From the IMG/VR virus record IMGVR_UViG_3300021387_001477: DNA of 64,000 nucleotides; one strand, given 5' to 3'. Shown here piece by piece: positions 9,429-19,440 of the stretch (position 1 is its first letter; each line of letters starts with the position of its first letter). Source of the stretch: a virus. Lineage: Duplodnaviria; Heunggongvirae; Uroviricota; Caudoviricetes. A program made the position numbers and the translations under genes. The notes below the pieces were generated by a model. That model was not told the DNA's origin. It searched no databases and worked only from the letters and a program-made list of their open reading frames with translations.

Positions 9429-10055
9429 CTAAAGTTCCACCCCATCAAAGAATTTACGAATCTTTTTAGTCTCTAAAGTTCTAGTATCGATGTAGTACAT
9501 CTCTTTAAGTACACTACCAAAATCAATAGGACAATCATAATCATAGTTATTCTTCTCTACTAATAGAATAACCTCATGAGCTGAAACATCAATGTAAACT
9601 TTATGTCCACGATAACTCTTTCCAGTAAAAGAGATTGGATATATTGCAACTGGACAATAGGAGTTATCTGATGCCCTAGTTACTATGAGATTATCAACGA
9701 TCGTAAAGTTCGCATAAATGAGACGACTAACTTTGAGGTTGCCTCTTTCGTTTTTACATATATAAAAATGATACCCGAATACTGAGTCGTGTTCAAACAC
9801 AAATACGGATTCTGGAAATCTCTTTCTCAGAATCTTAAGGTTTTCCTGAGTAATCTTACCTTCAATTTTTAGATAAACTTCCTCTCTGGCATTAAAACTA
9901 ATAAGAGTTGATGCACTAAAGATTATTGATCTTTTATTAAACGACACTCCGCAACTTCTTTCTGATTTCTTTCCTTCTCTTGTCAAGGGAACTAGTTTTA
10001 CACCACCACAGTTATCCCTCTCTTCGACAAGTTTTTCTTTTTTATAAATTTCCAT
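9429..10055 (-). CDS. hypothetical protein
   Basis: 208-aa ORF; promoter CATATATAAGG at 10125-10135. Confidence 0.5.
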   Translation of the reverse strand: MEIYKKEKLVEERDNCGGVKLVPLTREGKKSERSCGVSFNKRSIIFSASTLISFNAREEVYLKIEGKITQENLKILRKRFPESVFVFEHDSVFGYHFYICKNERGNLKVSRLIYANFTIVDNLIVTRASDNSYCPVAIYPISFTGKSYRGHKVYIDVSAHEVILLVEKNNYDYDCPIDFGSVLKEMYYIDTRTLETKKIRKFFDGVEL

Positions 10056-10385
10056 ATTTTCTAAATTTTAATTAAATAAAAATGTAAGAGTCTTAACCAA
10101 ATTTTCTCTTTAGGTATTCTCTTACATATATAAGGCAATAAAGTCTTCTGAAACGGGTAATTTGCGCTTTTGAAGGAGGGAAAGTCTTATAGGTGAAGGA
10201 GAACAACGTAGGTGAGAGTTTATTGTTGTTTCTTCTTAAATCATTTCAAATCATATTCTTGGGAGGTGGAAAGGAAGTAGCTAGCCTCGAAACCTCCCCT
10301 TAAAAGAATATTGATATGGCGAGACAATAACAACTTAGATCCGGTTTGTGTGTTCCGGGATTAAAATGAAAAACACTAAGAAAAT

Positions 10386-11894
10386 ATGGTTTGTAATGAA
10401 CTAAAAGACAAATTACCTGAAGGATGGAGAGAAAAATTTGTACATAGAGACTGTGACCAAGCTAACTATGAATTCGCTATGTTTGAGATTGATGGGAAGA
10501 ATAAGATACTAGTCCGAAACCCAGATACCGACGACATAATGGAATACTACTATGATGATTTTGATGAATGGATTGAGATAGATAAAAAAGTTATGAGATC
10601 TCTAATAAATAAAGACACAGAGTCCAAAGTTTATATTAGTCCTGATGGAAAGTATATAAAACATATTGGAAGAAAGAAAAGAGAACTATCTTCAAAATTA
10701 GTAGATAGGTGCCCGTACCCAATAATATCCATATGTAGTTGTCAAGTAAAAACCCACAGACTTATAGCTTTTATATTTATTCCAAACCCATATCCAGAAA
10801 AATATAATATAGTTAATCATAAAGATCTAAGCAGAACAAACTTTAGCAAAGAGAACTTAGAATGGTGTGATGCTAAATGGAATGCAAAAAGAGAGAATCA
10901 AAAGAAATATATTCCTGGAACAGTTTATGAAAGACTATCAGATGGGAGAAGATTTTCTTCTGCTGATTTGGCCGAAGAGTATAAGAATAAGCAATCAAGC
11001 TCGGCAGTTTTGGGAGCAATTAGCCGCGGAAAAACTTATCATGGGAGTACATGGAGAGTAATAGACCTTTCATTAGAAGATTATTTATCACGACACCCGC
11101 TGACAGATAGTTGGATCCAACACCCTACACTAAAAGATGTTTATGTAAATAGCTGTGGAGTACTTAGGATAAAAGATAAAATAGTTGTTGGAAATAAACA
11201 CGAGTGTTTATATTATTCAATAAGTATTGAAGGGAAACTATATAAGACCCACAGAATAATAATGGAAGCCATTCTTAATAGAGAGCTCCTAAACACAGAG
11301 GTAGTTGATCATATTATTCCTGTTTCTAAAGATGACATAAACAATGAAATATCTAATCTTAGAGTAGGAACGCAAAAAGATAACCTAAATAATGAACATA
11401 CACGTATTAAGTGGATTAAGAAGGGATCGCTTAAAAAATTTTCATTATTTGGTGACTTTGTAGAAGAATATAAAACTATAGATGATGCGCTTAAGGCGAA
11501 TAGTGAGATAAAAAGTAAAGTCTTGCTTATTAGGGCAACTGAGCTAGGCGCTGGAGCACTTATTTCTGCTGGAAACTTTCTCTGGTGTTTTGAAGGAGAG
11601 GAGGATAGAGTAAAAGATAGACTAGATTTTATATACTACAAAACGCCAGTAAACTCCTTAACAATAAAACCAGAATCCGCCTCAATAAATCTCAAAGATC
11701 TATCCAAAGAAATCCCAATTAATAAACTCAACAAAGTACTGAACACAGGATTTCCCTTAAATGGATACGTTTACCAGCGGGGAAAACCTAATGATATCCT
11801 CATTGATAAATCTAATACAGCATTGGAGAAGAAACGAGATAATATATCATGGAGAGAGTTTACAGGAAGAAATAAAAATAGAGAAGACAACTAA
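10386..11894 (+). CDS. free-standing HNH homing-type endonuclease (paralog of 1818..2981)
   Basis: Shared N-terminal region (YYYDDFDEW vs YFYDDINQEW) and HNH blocks (THRLIAFIF...N; THRIIMEAIL...DHIIP...N). Confidence 0.65.
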   Translation: MVCNELKDKLPEGWREKFVHRDCDQANYEFAMFEIDGKNKILVRNPDTDDIMEYYYDDFDEWIEIDKKVMRSLINKDTESKVYISPDGKYIKHIGRKKRELSSKLVDRCPYPIISICSCQVKTHRLIAFIFIPNPYPEKYNIVNHKDLSRTNFSKENLEWCDAKWNAKRENQKKYIPGTVYERLSDGRRFSSADLAEEYKNKQSSSAVLGAISRGKTYHGSTWRVIDLSLEDYLSRHPLTDSWIQHPTLKDVYVNSCGVLRIKDKIVVGNKHECLYYSISIEGKLYKTHRIIMEAILNRELLNTEVVDHIIPVSKDDINNEISNLRVGTQKDNLNNEHTRIKWIKKGSLKKFSLFGDFVEEYKTIDDALKANSEIKSKVLLIRATELGAGALISAGNFLWCFEGEEDRVKDRLDFIYYKTPVNSLTIKPESASINLKDLSKEIPINKLNKVLNTGFPLNGYVYQRGKPNDILIDKSNTALEKKRDNISWREFTGRNKNREDN

Positions 11895-11912
11895 ATCTTC
11901 TCTATTTCTTTT

Positions 11913-12323
11913 TTATCTAATTCTTCTAAACCTAACTACGTACTTGCTTTCATCTCTCCTAACTTGGGCCCCTTTTTCTCGAATGAATCTAAGAATTGGA
12001 TGGGTAATCCAGTTAGGAACTAAATCCTCTCGTTTAGTATCACACTCTACTTTAAGATCTTTGCAATTCATAATCTTATCATACATTCTTGTCATTGCAT
12101 ATGCACTCCCCTCAAATTCGATTGTATTTTCATCAATCATTTTCATAGGCATAGCACATTCATATGCATCCCCAGCTAATAGATCAAATAATAACTTAAT
12201 CTTTGGCCCATAACTCGCACAATATGACGTGTAATACTGATCATAGAACTTTCTAATCTCAAATATCTTAGAAGTTGGTACATAGTTTGTATTTGAATCC
12301 GTTATTACTTTATGTTTCCACAA
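11913..12323 (-). CDS. DNA polymerase A, terminal exon (motif C region and C-terminus)
   Basis: CASYGPKIKLLFDLLAGDAYECAMPMKMIDE ~ T7 gp5 LQSAGALICKLW...AYMAWVHDE; ECDTKREDLVPNWITHP ~ T7 DTEGKMGPNWAICH; preceded by intron S-element and G. Confidence 0.65.
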   Translation of the reverse strand: MWKHKVITDSNTNYVPTSKIFEIRKFYDQYYTSYCASYGPKIKLLFDLLAGDAYECAMPMKMIDENTIEFEGSAYAMTRMYDKIMNCKDLKVECDTKREDLVPNWITHPILRFIREKGAQVRRDESKYVVRFRRIR

Positions 12324-12640
12324 AGACTAGACTATATCATTATCCATATTTCAGGATAGATCGCGCTTCGAGAGCAGGACTTTCACCTGATCTCTACTTC
12401 CTTTCAGAATAGTCGTTACACCTTCCATTTCTGGCTTGGCTCGGGATTAGCATGCATTTCTGTTTAGCTTTCCCCGATAGCAAGATTTCTCTCACACCCT
12501 ATATTTCTAGGTTCACGATCTTTTGCACTCTAGAATTACCCCTAGAGGCCACAATTTTACTTATGGACTACAATAATTGGTTGGAGTGGTTGTTTCCAGC
12601 CCTCTTGTATTGATTCACGTATATTATTAAAGAATCCTGA
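12324..12640 (-). mobile_element. group I intron in polA (canonical core); 5' boundary approximate
   Basis: CGGGGAAAGCTAAACAGAAATGCATGCTAATCCCGAGCCAAGCC ... GTGTAACGACTATTCTGAAAGG ... AATGATATAGTCTAGTC ... G| then exon. Confidence 0.55.
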
Positions 12641-12669
12641 GGCCATGATTGAGGCAGTGCCACCTTGTC

Positions 12670-12700
12670 GTTATTACTTTATGTTTCCACAAAGACTAGA
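12670..12700 (-). repeat. duplicate of the 31-nt intron-3'-tail/exon-start sequence CTAGTCTTTGTGGAAACATAAAGTAATAACG (other copy 12298-12328)
   Basis: Exact-looking repeat directly after a second intron S-element but not followed by coding sequence. Confidence 0.5.
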
Positions 12701-12925
12701 TCATATCATTATCCACATTCATGGATAGGCTGCGCTTCGGAATACAGAATTTCACTGTAAACCTACTCCTTTCGGATGATCGTTACACTTTCTCTATCTC
12801 TAGAGCTTAGCACGGGATTGGCATATTATTACTAACTTAGCTTTCCCCGTTAGCAAGATCTCTCACACCTAAGATTTCTTAGTTCACAGCCTGTTTCATA
12901 TAGGATTACTCCTATAAGCTACAAT
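12700..12925 (-). mobile_element. group I intron in polA (canonical core); boundaries approximate
   Basis: CGGGGAAAGCTAAGTTAGTAATAATATGCCAATCCCGTGCTAAGC ... GTGTAACGATCATCCGAAAGG ... AATGATATGATCTAGTC. Confidence 0.5.
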
Positions 12926-13209
12926 TTTATTTATAGGAAGATTCACGCCTAATCTTTCACACCTCGCCTTTAGATTATTCTTCTCTCTGGAATTTGCTTT
13001 TAGCCACAGATCATATTCTTTAATTTTTAATTTATCGCCCATTATTGAATTAATATATCCATCATGGCTAAATGGATACTGTTGTTGAGAGGCCACATAC
13101 TCTCTCAATTTAGGGAAACTTGTATAAAGTCCCTGTATAATATCATCAGCTTCCTCTTCTGAGCAAAATAGTCTTTCAGCCAATGATTTCTTTCCTAGAC
13201 CATAAAGAA
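12896..13209 (-). CDS. DNA polymerase A internal exon (palm: end of motif B to QG region); true 3' splice end near 12926
   Basis: SLAERLFCSEEEADDIIQGLYTSFPKLREYV ~ Klenow [31 protein letters not shown]; ...ARCERLGVNLPIN ~ AAERAAINAPMQG; naive join to micro-exon is out of frame by one nt (see findings). Confidence 0.6.
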
Positions 13210-13464
13210 CCGTTTTGTTATCCTAGAAGTTTTTTTATCTCCTAGCTCTAGTAATTCATTTCTTACTAGTCCAGCATATATTTTCAACTCATATTTTCGA
13301 GTTGGTGGGCTCTCTTGGAAGGATTATATTTATTCACCTTCTATGCGTTACACTAGATTAAAGCCTCTCGCAATCTTTAACCTTAGCACGGGGTTTGGAT
13401 TCTCACCATTCACCGTTTTAGTCCACTTATCATCTATAATATCACTACTATAGACGGCATTTCT
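13210..13464 (-). mobile_element. family-B small group I intron (copy 2), 255 nt
   Basis: GTCTATAGTAGTGATATTATAGATGATAA...ACGGTGAATGGTGAG...GTAACGCATAGAAGGTGAATAAATATAATCCTTCC...GGATAACAAAACG; >80% identical to copies at 13485, 14242, 26113, 29352, 55218. Confidence 0.65.
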
Positions 13465-13484
13465 ACCTAAGAAGACAGTTTTGA
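13465..13484 (-). CDS. polA micro-exon (~20 nt, TCAAAACTGTCTTCTTAGGT) encoding core of polymerase motif B (KTVFLG ~ T7 AKTFIYG)
   Basis: Sits between two tandem family-B introns; with upstream exon gives RKRSF|KTVFLG; exact splice points uncertain. Confidence 0.45.
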
Positions 13485-13739
13485 CGTCTGTTATCCTATA
13501 GGCTTTTTATCCTATAGCTCTATTAGTTCATTTCCTAATAGTCCAGCATATATTTTCATCATTTCTTTTATGATGTCGAGCTCTCGTGGAAGGATTATAT
13601 TCTATTTATAGTTTCACCTTCTATGCGTTACGCTGCTATAGACTCTTTATTTCTATAGTTAGCACGGTATTAGGAATCTCACCCTTCACCGTTTTAGCTC
13701 GATTATCATCTATAGTATCACTACTATAGACGGCCCAAA
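13485..13739 (-). mobile_element. family-B small group I intron (copy 1), 255 nt
   Basis: Same conserved 5' GTCTATAGT..TATAG module, core and 3' GGATAACAGACG. Confidence 0.65.
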
Positions 13740-13740
13740 A

Positions 13741-13830
13741 TGACCTTTTTCTCCACATCTTCTTGTCTTTCTTGTCTAGTTTATCAAATTTATCGCCTAG
13801 ATAGAGCTTGGCGGTATATATATAACAATG
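13741..13830 (-). CDS. polA exon fragment (...TAKLYLGDKFDKLDKKDKKMWRKRS); 5' boundary unknown
   Basis: Open frame upstream of intron B1 ending in R-x-x-x-(F)K that completes motif B with the micro-exon. Confidence 0.35.
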
Positions 13831-13849
13831 TGTTCAGAGAGTGTCGTTA

Positions 13850-14143
13850 CTTCTCTCTGGTTCTCTTATGAACTCCTGTATATTTCTATACAGATCAGAC
13901 TATATCTTCACCTCAATACCGAGGGCTTACCGTTTCCACTACACGAACTTTGTAGTGTACTCTCTTTCGAGATAGTCGTTGGGGTTTTGATACAGAGCTA
14001 GTTAGTCATACTAGCCTTAATTTTATAAATATTTATCAAAACCTGCTGATTGGCCTTATTCTTTGATTTCTTACGGAAGTGACTAAATCTTCTCGTACCA
14101 AAGACTTAACGGGCGTTTCCAGCATTTAGTAAGTTTATTTTTC
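13850..14143 (-). mobile_element. group I intron (family C-like) in polA; boundaries approximate
   Basis: CAACGACTATCTCGAAAGAGAGTACAC ... GAAGATATAGTCTGATCTGTATAGAAATATACAGGAGTTCATAAGAGAACC tail (tail duplicated at 14530-14570). Confidence 0.45.
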
Positions 14144-14144
14144 T

Positions 14145-14241
14145 TGGGATCACTCCCAAGCGATACTTAAATCTAATATCTTCGCCTTTATTAAACTTAT
14201 CAATCAAGTCGGGATCTCCGCTTGCGAAACCTGCAGCTTTT
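14145..14241 (-). CDS. polA exon fragment between motifs A and B (KAAGFASGDPDLIDKFNKGEDIRFKYRLGV...)
   Basis: Follows G of intron B3; resembles Klenow LLTAFAEGKDIH region; ends at 20-nt hairpin repeat CTTGGGAGTGATCCCAAG. Confidence 0.4.
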
Positions 14242-14498
14242 CAGTTATGTTATCCTAAGAGCTTTTTATCTCTTAGTTCTATAGATTCTTATTTATATTC
14301 TCTATAGCTCGGCGTACATTTTTAACTATCGCTAGTTATCGGACACTCTTGGAGATACTATATTTATTCAATCTCTACGCTCTACATTACTAGAGTGCCT
14401 TTCGAAATCACTCTAGTTAACTCGGTATTTAGATTCACACTATTTACCGATTTTGCCCGATTATACTCTATAGTGTTTCCACTATAGACGGCATTTCT
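14242..14498 (-). mobile_element. family-B small group I intron (copy 3)
   Basis: GTCTATAGTGGAAACACTATAGAGTATAATCG...CGGTAAATAGTGTGAATC...GTAGAGCGTAGAGATTGAATAAATATAGTATCTCC...GGATAACATAACTG. Confidence 0.6.
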
Positions 14499-14509
14499 AC
14501 CTCTGCACT

Positions 14510-14741
<232 letters not shown>

Positions 14742-17423
14742 TTAGTTTTTCTTGGGATCACTCCCAAGTGACACCAATAATTTATTTTCAATGTCAAAAT
14801 AAGTTTCAATAAAGTCTTCATCTACTATATTCCCATTCTCGTCAATATGATATGGCGTTCGAACACAATCTTTAAAATCTGCATGACTAACCAAGACATG
14901 GAACGCACTAGACCACCTCTTTGAACTCTTTGTGTTGACCTCATAATGACAAAAGCATTTATGTACTGCTCCTGGCTCATTAGGGTCAGCTTCACGAATA
15001 GGAATATGTTTTTCGTCCTCAATTACCCACTTTCCCTCTTTCAGCATTCCATCAATATAGGTCGATAGAACCTTTGAATATTTTTTGAAGAGCAGATAAT
15101 TGATGACCATTTTTCTCATAAAATAGAATCTGTTATCAAAGTCAGATTCATTGAAGATCTTTCCATAATCTTCATATTGATCAGAAACATACTTAAAGAA
15201 CTGTTCCTGAGCGATATATCCATTAAAGTTACTCCACACCTCTTTTACCTGATCACATCCTAAGTCATTATAGAATTGATCAAACAGGACATATACTTTT
15301 TCTGGATAACTGGTTTGCCCTACTGGAGTTCCTTGATAAAGTTTTGTATAGTTCTCTCCAAAATGAGCAAATCCATCTTCAACTGTTTTTATACCGAGTT
15401 GTTCATAATATTTTTCTGCGCCTGGAAGTTGCTGCGCACTTTCAAACATTGCAGCGAGATATGCAGACTCGGTAGGATACAGTTGAGCAAATTCCAAACA
15501 GATCTCATCATTTTCAATGGGGGACTTACACTTAAAGAAGTTATCCGATACATAATCTGAATAACTAATTAAATCCCATTTTTGTCCAAATGCATAGATC
15601 TCTTGAGGAATGTTTTGTATGTCATTAAGTTGATTCTTTGAGACTTTCATTAACTCATTGAACGCTCTTTCATAATATAGATACTTCTCAAGCTCTATGT
15701 GTTTGTCATTTATCTTTATTTTATCTAGTCCGATTATAGGAATTAGTTTATCTCCCAAGACCTGTTGGATCTTCTTCTTTCCGCCAATTCCTGAATCAAT
15801 CTTAGACTTCAATACTTTCTGACCTGTTTTCTTATAGAGTTTTATCATTCCTACCTCTTCCATTGCTTCTCTTAGGACTTTCATAAAATTGGTAGCAAAG
15901 TCTGGACCATACTTCATTAATAATTGGCCCTCGTTTATACCAAGTTCATAAGCATCCATAGTATCAACATTAGAAGTCAGAAGATACTTAGCTATTTCAG
16001 CCGGATTTCCATTAAAGAAGGTATTATCATGCAGCAGTTTCTTGGCAATATCAGAATAATTATCTATATTTGCCATCTTTTTCTTGTGCTTATCCATCTT
16101 TATTTTACACCTAGCTTCACTACAAAACGTAATGCTCCACGCAATCATCTCTTTCGACTTCTTTTCATACTCCAATCTAAATGGCTCGTCAATATATAGG
16201 CCACAATTATGAAGTCTGGCGCCCAATCTTGCATTATCCATAAAGGTTCTAATACAATCTTCAGAGAATTTATCTTTCTCTACCAGATGTATCATAAGAG
16301 TATAGAAAGCGTCAAGATTACAATAATACCCTAATATTTCTGATGGAACACACATAAATGAACTCTTGTCCCAGTATTCAAGTATTAAAGCTTCAAATTC
16401 ATTTATATAACTTGGGTATCTTGCGCATATCTCAGCCCATTCCGGAGTTGTTTTAAAATCAGAGGGAGTAATTTTTAGAACTTTCTTCTTATCTTTCTTA
16501 AGTTTCCCTACTTCTTCATAAAACATGCTTTCAACAAGATCTGAGATTCTGTCAAACTCGGTATCCCAGACAGTAGCCTGAAGTATCATTTGGGCTGACC
16601 ACTTTAAGGAATATTTCTTTAAGTGATTTCCCTCAATGACATTATAAACAGACGCATCTATAAGATTATATAGGTCTACTCCAAACATTCTATGAGATAC
16701 GGCCTGTTCATATTGCATATTATAAGTTACAAGATGACTCTGCCTATGATTCAAAAAATCTCCAAATCTTTTACATATCATTCCGTATTGTTCAGGACTA
16801 CATGTATGTCTAAGATCTGTAAAACTTATAAATCCTCCGAAGTTTTTTGTACACAGTGATGCCCCAGATATATCAAACCATACATCCAAAGCCATACCAG
16901 ATGCCTCGAAGTCAAAGCCTAGGTCCTCAGTCTCTGGAAGATTACAAAGCCAGTCTAAAAATTTCATTGCTCCAGTAAAATCATGAATAACTTTACTTTG
17001 GAACCAGGAAAAATCAACGGGCTGTGTAAATCCTGGAGACATAAAATCTCTAATTATGTCTGGAGAAGGAGGATCTAGAACTACCTTAACAAAAGCTCCG
17101 CCCTCTATACTTAACCTTCGAAGTTTGGACACATCGAAGTAATTCTCTGACCTAACCCCAAAGTGATAGAACTGGTTTAGATATCGATAAGGTTCTGCCC
17201 CCACCAACATAACAGCATCACTTGGGCCTAATGTCAGAAACTCTCTTTTTGCATCATCGGACATAGATTCAATATTCTCAACCGTAAAGATCTGAGATGA
17301 ATCCAGCCCTATTCCATAATAATCCACCACGTAATTTGGTGTTTCTTTAGCTGAAATTAATACAAATCGTTTGTTCATAAATCTAAATATTAATATACCT
17401 TTGAGCCGATATCTTACATACAC
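14742..17423 (-). CDS. DNA polymerase A exon 1 (N-terminal region incl. 3'-5' exonuclease-like domain, no polymerase motifs A/B/C)
   Basis: 893-aa ORF; GFDFEASGMALDVWFD exo-like block; last codons overlap the 20-nt hairpin repeat so true 5' splice site may lie slightly upstream of the stop. Confidence 0.65.
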   Translation of the reverse strand: MYVRYRLKGILIFRFMNKRFVLISAKETPNYVVDYYGIGLDSSQIFTVENIESMSDDAKREFLTLGPSDAVMLVGAEPYRYLNQFYHFGVRSENYFDVSKLRRLSIEGGAFVKVVLDPPSPDIIRDFMSPGFTQPVDFSWFQSKVIHDFTGAMKFLDWLCNLPETEDLGFDFEASGMALDVWFDISGASLCTKNFGGFISFTDLRHTCSPEQYGMICKRFGDFLNHRQSHLVTYNMQYEQAVSHRMFGVDLYNLIDASVYNVIEGNHLKKYSLKWSAQMILQATVWDTEFDRISDLVESMFYEEVGKLKKDKKKVLKITPSDFKTTPEWAEICARYPSYINEFEALILEYWDKSSFMCVPSEILGYYCNLDAFYTLMIHLVEKDKFSEDCIRTFMDNARLGARLHNCGLYIDEPFRLEYEKKSKEMIAWSITFCSEARCKIKMDKHKKKMANIDNYSDIAKKLLHDNTFFNGNPAEIAKYLLTSNVDTMDAYELGINEGQLLMKYGPDFATNFMKVLREAMEEVGMIKLYKKTGQKVLKSKIDSGIGGKKKIQQVLGDKLIPIIGLDKIKINDKHIELEKYLYYERAFNELMKVSKNQLNDIQNIPQEIYAFGQKWDLISYSDYVSDNFFKCKSPIENDEICLEFAQLYPTESAYLAAMFESAQQLPGAEKYYEQLGIKTVEDGFAHFGENYTKLYQGTPVGQTSYPEKVYVLFDQFYNDLGCDQVKEVWSNFNGYIAQEQFFKYVSDQYEDYGKIFNESDFDNRFYFMRKMVINYLLFKKYSKVLSTYIDGMLKEGKWVIEDEKHIPIREADPNEPGAVHKCFCHYEVNTKSSKRWSSAFHVLVSHADFKDCVRTPYHIDENGNIVDEDFIETYFDIENKLLVSLGSDPKKN

Positions 17424-17472
17424 GGCTCAGATATAAGGAAAAGAGAATATTGGGGAAGCAAAATTCTTATAA

Positions 17473-17937
17473 TTGAATGATATGAAAATCAAAAGTGTAG
17501 TAGACGTAATTACAAACTCAAGTACAGAGGTTTTTATAATGAAACTTTCTGACTATAATGAAATGAAGGCTGAAATTGGAGAACTTGAGCCGAAGATTTC
17601 TAAATTTAATATATTTGAAACCATAAATGATGTTCTTGATTATTCCGAAAGATATAGCAGGCCAGATTTTGGTTTAATACCAGGGAAGTATGAATTATCG
17701 GACAGAACGAGAAAAATTTTAAAGGATTTTGGCCATTCTGAAGAAGAAATCGATAATTATATAAACAAGAAGCAGAAGGAAAAAAGAGAACTCCTAAAGG
17801 GTAATGAAAAATATAAAAATCTGGTTGGTACTGCAGCATTGGCATCTGATCATTGTGGAGGCTTAGGAAGAAACAGTCTCGTCGATAAATGGATGGAAGA
17901 ACACGGGAAAACTTATATAAGACGAGAATATGACTAA
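17473..17937 (+). CDS. hypothetical protein
   Basis: 154-aa ORF. Confidence 0.5.
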   Translation: MNDMKIKSVVDVITNSSTEVFIMKLSDYNEMKAEIGELEPKISKFNIFETINDVLDYSERYSRPDFGLIPGKYELSDRTRKILKDFGHSEEEIDNYINKKQKEKRELLKGNEKYKNLVGTAALASDHCGGLGRNSLVDKWMEEHGKTYIRREYD

Positions 17938-18355
17938 CGAAGAGCTTAAACGATATCCTAAAACTCATCAGGAAGGAGATATTGTCTATTTCGTAATTCT
18001 ACTCTATGACTCTTTCCGCCCGTACAAAAAGCCTGGAGGAATATTAGAGCTACATTATAAATCATCCGGTGATAGTGGAATGATAGTTTCTGAGGATGTA
18101 GGTTCATTGATAAAAGAAACTATCTCAGGAAATTTTATATGGTATGGCAGTAAGAACAAAATATCAAATATATCAAGTTTATTTGGGACTAAAGAAGAGG
18201 CACAGAAATATTTCGATAAACTTAAAAGACGATATAAAGGAGAAATTAAGAGGTACCGAACTAGAGCCTTAAATAAAATCAAAATGTTGGAGAAAGAAAT
18301 AGAATCATTAAAAAAGGAGATTAAAATTTGTGATGATATATTGAAATGTATATAG
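17930..18355 (+). CDS. hypothetical protein
   Basis: 141-aa ORF, overlapping start/stop with neighbours. Confidence 0.5.
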   Translation: MTNEELKRYPKTHQEGDIVYFVILLYDSFRPYKKPGGILELHYKSSGDSGMIVSEDVGSLIKETISGNFIWYGSKNKISNISSLFGTKEEAQKYFDKLKRRYKGEIKRYRTRALNKIKMLEKEIESLKKEIKICDDILKCI

Positions 18356-18834
18356 TTATTAATAATATTCCAATCAAGGACAGTAGTATTAAGGAAATTT
18401 CTAAGATACAGAAGCTTGACTCAAAACTATATAAGAATTTGGTACATAATCTTTTCAAGTATCCGAAATTTGATGTAGACAGATGGCGAGAGGGTCAAAA
18501 TTATGACTGTTATCAAAATGATGTTCTTAGGTATCTGGATAATTTGATAAAAGCTAATCCAGATTATGTTTATGGAAGCTGTACTGATGGGATACTTACA
18601 GTTCGGGGTATAGATATGACGTTACCAAATTTATACAATAGGCCAGAAACAGCATTCATAGATTCGATTCGGATTAATTGGAAAAATATGCCAGAATTAT
18701 ATTTTTATACTCTACAAACTGAATCAACCACTTTCTTATCTCAAATATATTTTTCAAAGGAAGAGGCAGAAAATAGTCAGGATAAATTATTAAATATATT
18801 AAATGATGGTGTCTTATTTAAAATTTTGCTCTAA
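18346..18834 (+). CDS. hypothetical protein
   Basis: 162-aa ORF. Confidence 0.5.
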   Translation: MYIVINNIPIKDSSIKEISKIQKLDSKLYKNLVHNLFKYPKFDVDRWREGQNYDCYQNDVLRYLDNLIKANPDYVYGSCTDGILTVRGIDMTLPNLYNRPETAFIDSIRINWKNMPELYFYTLQTESTTFLSQIYFSKEEAENSQDKLLNILNDGVLFKILL

Positions 18835-18848
18835 TTTTGACATCATTT

Positions 18849-18859
18849 CCTTATATATG
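18849..18859 (+). promoter_or_regulatory. conserved promoter core CCTTATATATG, 2 nt before ATG (leaderless-type)
   Basis: TTCCTTATATATGTTATGAAA. Confidence 0.5.
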
Positions 18860-18861
18860 TT

Positions 18862-19194
18862 ATGAAAGAAAAATATAAACCAAAAAAGCCTTGGGAGAGA
18901 TTACAGGATGGTGAAACATTCGTAAACTCTGAACCAGGGAATTCAATGACACCTATTCTAAAGAGTAGGCAGAGAGTAGTATTAGCCCCGACAACATGGG
19001 AAGACGTTGAAATAGGGGATATTGTTTATGCTAAAGTTGCTGGTAGACATTATACTCACAAAGTAACTGGCAAAAATGAGAAAAGAGGTGTCCAGATATC
19101 AAATAATCATGGACACGTAAATGGGTGGACTAAAAATGTCTACGGAAAAGTTATTAAAATCCTAGATGATGATGAAGTCTGGGAAGGGGAATAG
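18862..19194 (+). CDS. hypothetical protein
   Basis: 110-aa ORF. Confidence 0.5.
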   Translation: MKEKYKPKKPWERLQDGETFVNSEPGNSMTPILKSRQRVVLAPTTWEDVEIGDIVYAKVAGRHYTHKVTGKNEKRGVQISNNHGHVNGWTKNVYGKVIKILDDDEVWEGE

Positions 19195-19224
19195 AAACCC
19201 CATTATTTTTTAGCCCTTGAAATT

Positions 19225-19388
19225 CTTATATATGAAAAGGAAGAATTAAAATGCGCTTCGAAACATCTATTTTGGGCTAGTTGTGCTAAGACATGGCTCG
19301 AGCCCGTCCGCGCTGGCATTCTCGGGGTCCAGCAAAAATGTCGAAGTTTCTTCCTGGGAGAGGTCTATAAAGTGGCCTCTCCTTTTTT
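19225..19388 (+). ncRNA. candidate small RNA: promoter-to-terminator unit without ORF
   Basis: Promoter CTTATATATG at 19225-19234; GC-rich body GGCTCGAGCCCGTCCGCGCTGG...; terminator hairpin GGGAGAGGTCTATAAAGTGGCCTCTCC + TTTTTT; longest ORF 9 codons. Confidence 0.4.
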
Positions 19389-19409
19389 CCGTCTATAATA
19401 ATTTAAATG

Positions 19410-19420
19410 CCTTATATATA
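19410..19420 (+). promoter_or_regulatory. conserved promoter with full upstream element
   Basis: TTTTTTCCGTCTATAATAATTTAAATGCCTTATATATAG, 20 nt before ATG 19441. Confidence 0.55.
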
Positions 19421-19440
19421 GAACAATAAAACACTATTAT

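Noticed and set aside
13210-14500. Regularly spaced ~255-bp repeats as a possible CRISPR-like array
   Set aside because: Units are long structured introns with group I core elements, not 25-40-nt repeats with unique spacers; copies are dispersed across the window
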